In this document: positions 61,488 to 64,000 of the stretch, in pieces | Numbering within the stretch: position 1 is the first letter of the stretch | Layout of the letters: the number at the start of each line of letters is the position of its first letter | NCBI GenBank assembly: GCA_965178085.1 | Contig: CBCXTS010000021.1 | Coordinates: forward strand, 633,845-697,844 | Reading direction: 5' to 3' | DNA: 64,000 bases | Source: Alphaproteobacteria bacterium | GTDB taxonomy: Bacteria > Pseudomonadota > Alphaproteobacteria > CBCXTS01 | The notes under the pieces: model-generated | Told to the model about the DNA's origin: nothing | Seen by the model: the letters and a program-made list of their open reading frames with translations, nothing else | Database searches by the model: none | Made by a program: the position numbers and the translations under genes

Positions 61488-63080
61488 ATGAAAATACAAA
61501 TACACAATTATAGCAAATTATTATCATTGCATATGGGCTTTAAAATATCTGCCAGTCTGCTATCTATCAGTTTGCTATCTGGGTGTGTAACACTACCTGA
61601 TGTTGATGTTTCCAATGCCATTTCAACATTGAACCCAGCCAACTGGCTTGAAGAAGAGCAAAATCATAACGAAACCACAACCACAAATCCAGAGACAGAC
61701 ACCACAACAAATCATGATGTTTCAATTCAAAATGTTCCAGAGCAATCTAATACAACATATTCCAATGATGTCGATCAAGCCGATCACGATCGCTCCGTTT
61801 TAAGAGCAAAAGCTCAAGAGGCAACATTCGGAGATGCCATTTTACGCCAACAGCTTATTGACAATGAAACAGATTTTAGCGCTCGCAAACGCAACGAGCA
61901 AACAGCAAGCGATACGCAAATGTCTTTGGAAGAACCCAACGATTCACAACCAATAAATACTTCCCCATCAATAGACAACTCACAATCAGCAAATGAGCAT
62001 ATCACTGCAGATGTGATGTTTAATCCACAAAAAAAAGCTAGCAAAGTTCCATCACAGGCAACAATAAAGGCTACCAACAAACCAAAAGCTTCACCTAAAA
62101 AACCTAGTATTTTAGTATATAATAATATTACGCCTGAAAGTCCTCAAACCGAAAATCCTCAAACCCAAGAAACCACGTCTTCAAGAGTTAAACCTGAAAG
62201 CGCTACGCTTAATGCACAAGATAATACAATGTCAGCAAAAAAAGCAAACCATGAATTAACCACTCAAGAATTGCTTGCAAAAATAACAAAACAACAATCA
62301 TCAAGCATACCACAGCAAACTGAAACAGCTTCTTCTACTCCTATTGAGCTTAACCAACAACAATTACAGCCTCAAGAGCAAGAGCAGGTCAGTTTGATAG
62401 AACAAATCTCACGGCGTCTTGCTGCACAAAAAAAACTCCGCGAAGGTAATCATTCTGAAGATGCTTTTGATCTACCACCTCAGAGCACGCAACCCGATGA
62501 ACCGATTTCGCTTGAGCAAACATTGCAAACGAAATCTTCTCAAGAGATAGATACCAATACAACACCTATACAAAAACAAAGCACAACTCCCATTACTGTT
62601 ATACCTCCAAGTCCAAAGCCTAAAAGCACTGATGGCCAAGCTATTGCTGAGCCCGAGCAAAATTTACAAATACAACAAACAATACCTCGCACTCCTCCTA
62701 GTGCAAAACAGCTCCAAAAAACATTGCTTGCCAGCATTTATTTTACTCGTTTTAGTGGAGAAATATCATCTTCAGATTTTCATGCACTTAATCAAATTGC
62801 TAATTTTTTACAGGTAAATCAAAATACAACAATTGAAATCATTGGACATGCAAGCCCTGGCACTCAAGGCGAAGTCACCTCAGGAAGACTTGCTGCTTTT
62901 CAATTATCTCTTGCGCGCGCTGCAGCAATTGCTGCGCATTTAGCACGCTCTGGTATAGAACGCACCCGGATGAAGCTTGATGCCAGAGGCACTGCTGAAC
63001 CAGCAAATACACAAAATAGCCTTGAAGCTGAATTGGATAACCGACGTGTAGAAATTTATGTTACTGGAGTTTTGAATTAA
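61488..63080 (+). CDS. OmpA/MotB-domain lipoprotein with a low-complexity linker of about 370 aa
   Basis: 530 aa. Lipobox LLSISLLSGC (start may be Met16, 61533). The T/Q/P/S/N-rich middle has no family match. C-terminal OmpA-like domain IEIIGHAS...LSLARAAAIAAHLARSGIERTRM...DNRRVEIYV. Confidence 0.75.
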   Translation: MKIQIHNYSKLLSLHMGFKISASLLSISLLSGCVTLPDVDVSNAISTLNPANWLEEEQNHNETTTTNPETDTTTNHDVSIQNVPEQSNTTYSNDVDQADHDRSVLRAKAQEATFGDAILRQQLIDNETDFSARKRNEQTASDTQMSLEEPNDSQPINTSPSIDNSQSANEHITADVMFNPQKKASKVPSQATIKATNKPKASPKKPSILVYNNITPESPQTENPQTQETTSSRVKPESATLNAQDNTMSAKKANHELTTQELLAKITKQQSSSIPQQTETASSTPIELNQQQLQPQEQEQVSLIEQISRRLAAQKKLREGNHSEDAFDLPPQSTQPDEPISLEQTLQTKSSQEIDTNTTPIQKQSTTPITVIPPSPKPKSTDGQAIAEPEQNLQIQQTIPRTPPSAKQLQKTLLASIYFTRFSGEISSSDFHALNQIANFLQVNQNTTIEIIGHASPGTQGEVTSGRLAAFQLSLARAAAIAAHLARSGIERTRMKLDARGTAEPANTQNSLEAELDNRRVEIYVTGVLN

Positions 63081-63328
63081 GTAATCAAGTAAATCTAAAT
63101 ATTCATTTAACAAATACTTTAAAACCATCAAAAAGTTTAGTAGTGCGAATATGTATACTTTCGCATTATTTGTCATTTTAAATAATTTTAACATGCTTAT
63201 GAGTTGTTTTACTGATAAGAATCATTTTATAAGCTTAAAATCTATGTTAATATTGTTGTTATACTTGAAAGCTATTATAGCCATATATTGATCTAATTAT
63301 TTCAGAGTTATATAAGGATTAACGAACA

Positions 63329-63727
63329 ATGCCTTTAAGCATTAAATTACCCGCGCATGATAAAATCATCATTAATGGTGCCGTTGTTGAAAATACTGGC
63401 GATCCTACCACCATTGTTTTACATAATCGTGCTGATATATTAAGGCGCAAAGAAGTAATGGGAGAAGAACAAGCAACAACACCTGCAAAACGTGTTTATT
63501 ATACCATACAATGTGCCTATTTATTTGAATTAGAGCGCGATAAATATCTAGAGTTATGCGAAAATTTTTTAAAAGAATACCTTGAAGCTGCTCCAAGCGC
63601 ACAGTCCATTGTCACAAAAATTCGTAAAAACATTGTTGAAGAGCGTTATTATTCTGCCCTTCGCGCTGTTCAAAAACTAATCACCCATGAGACGGAACGC
63701 ATGCAACCTTTCCAAGCAGAGCAATAG
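63329..63727 (+). CDS. flbT: Flagellar biosynthesis repressor FlbT
   Basis: 132 aa. MPLSIKLPAHDKIIINGAVVENTGDPTTIVLHNRADILRRKEVMGEEQATTPAKRVYY aligns well with Caulobacter/Brucella FlbT as I recall it (MPLKLSLKPGEKFVLNGAVV...VLQNKASVLREKDIM...TSPARHIYF). Confidence 0.8.
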   Translation: MPLSIKLPAHDKIIINGAVVENTGDPTTIVLHNRADILRRKEVMGEEQATTPAKRVYYTIQCAYLFELERDKYLELCENFLKEYLEAAPSAQSIVTKIRKNIVEERYYSALRAVQKLITHETERMQPFQAEQ

Positions 63728-63824
63728 AAGATACGTAGCGTTTTTTTTCAGTTTTTTTGGTTTTTGCAATCAGTATTTGGAGTATCTTTTAGCTTTACAA
63801 TATTTAAAACAAGCGAATTAAAAT

Positions 63825-64000
63825 ATGACTGCTGCAAAATCATCACGCCATAAAAAACGTCCATCTCGTCAAAAAAAAAATAACAATGGTCAAAAAACTA
63901 ATACTCCTAAGCGCAAATTAAATGCACAAAGCAAAGTATCTACGCAAAATAAACTAAAGCCTACCAATCCTAAAATTAGCGCAGGAATATACAAAAGTCG
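63825..64000 (+). CDS. Hypothetical, highly basic N-terminus; open to the right window edge
   Basis: ATG at 63825, then an open frame to the end of the window: MTAAKSSRHKKRPSRQKKNNNGQKTNTPKRKLNAQSKVSTQNKLKPTNPKISAGIYKS. No family recognised, and it could be non-coding. Confidence 0.3.
   Translation, partial: MTAAKSSRHKKRPSRQKKNNNGQKTNTPKRKLNAQSKVSTQNKLKPTNPKISAGIYKS

Overview
Visibly AT-rich alphaproteobacterial chromosome segment. The taxonomic call is inference from GapR/DUF2312, FlbT, NDUFA9-like and COQ9-like genes, and from the syntenies ybgC-tolQRAB-pal-cpoB-tilS-ftsH, pcm-tolC and ftsK-lolA. Several proteins carry Q/N/T/P-rich low-complexity inserts, which suggests a host-associated or endosymbiont-like lineage.

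About 55 tightly packed protein genes are present, almost all housekeeping:
- glmU-glmS and sdhCDAB
- two peptide/microcin-type ABC importers
- the complete Tol-Pal cluster, then tilS, ftsH and sppA
- aroC, fabI, pdxH and hemH
- ribE-ribB(X)-ribH, maeB and tolC
- gcdH, a fused 2-oxoacid dehydrogenase E1, ftsK, lolA and flbT

The only clearly accessory DNA lies directly downstream of glmS, at about 3.8-11.3 kb. It holds a two-gene type I-like restriction-modification module: HsdR plus a single polypeptide fusing HsdM to a complete two-TRD HsdS. Its codon usage differs from the flanking core genes. Next come a perfect 13-bp x7 tandem repeat, two tandem paralogous small membrane proteins, a Spy/CpxP-like periplasmic protein and a GNAT.

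A second non-core pocket at 15.3-17.5 kb encodes a deacetylase-like protein and a Q/N/P-rich membrane protein. Short perfect tandem duplications of 12-20 bp recur in both coding and intergenic DNA.

I could not recognise any rRNA, tRNA, CRISPR array, transposase, integrase or riboswitch. All functional calls rest on motifs and family resemblance read by eye from the ORF translations. No database search was run.
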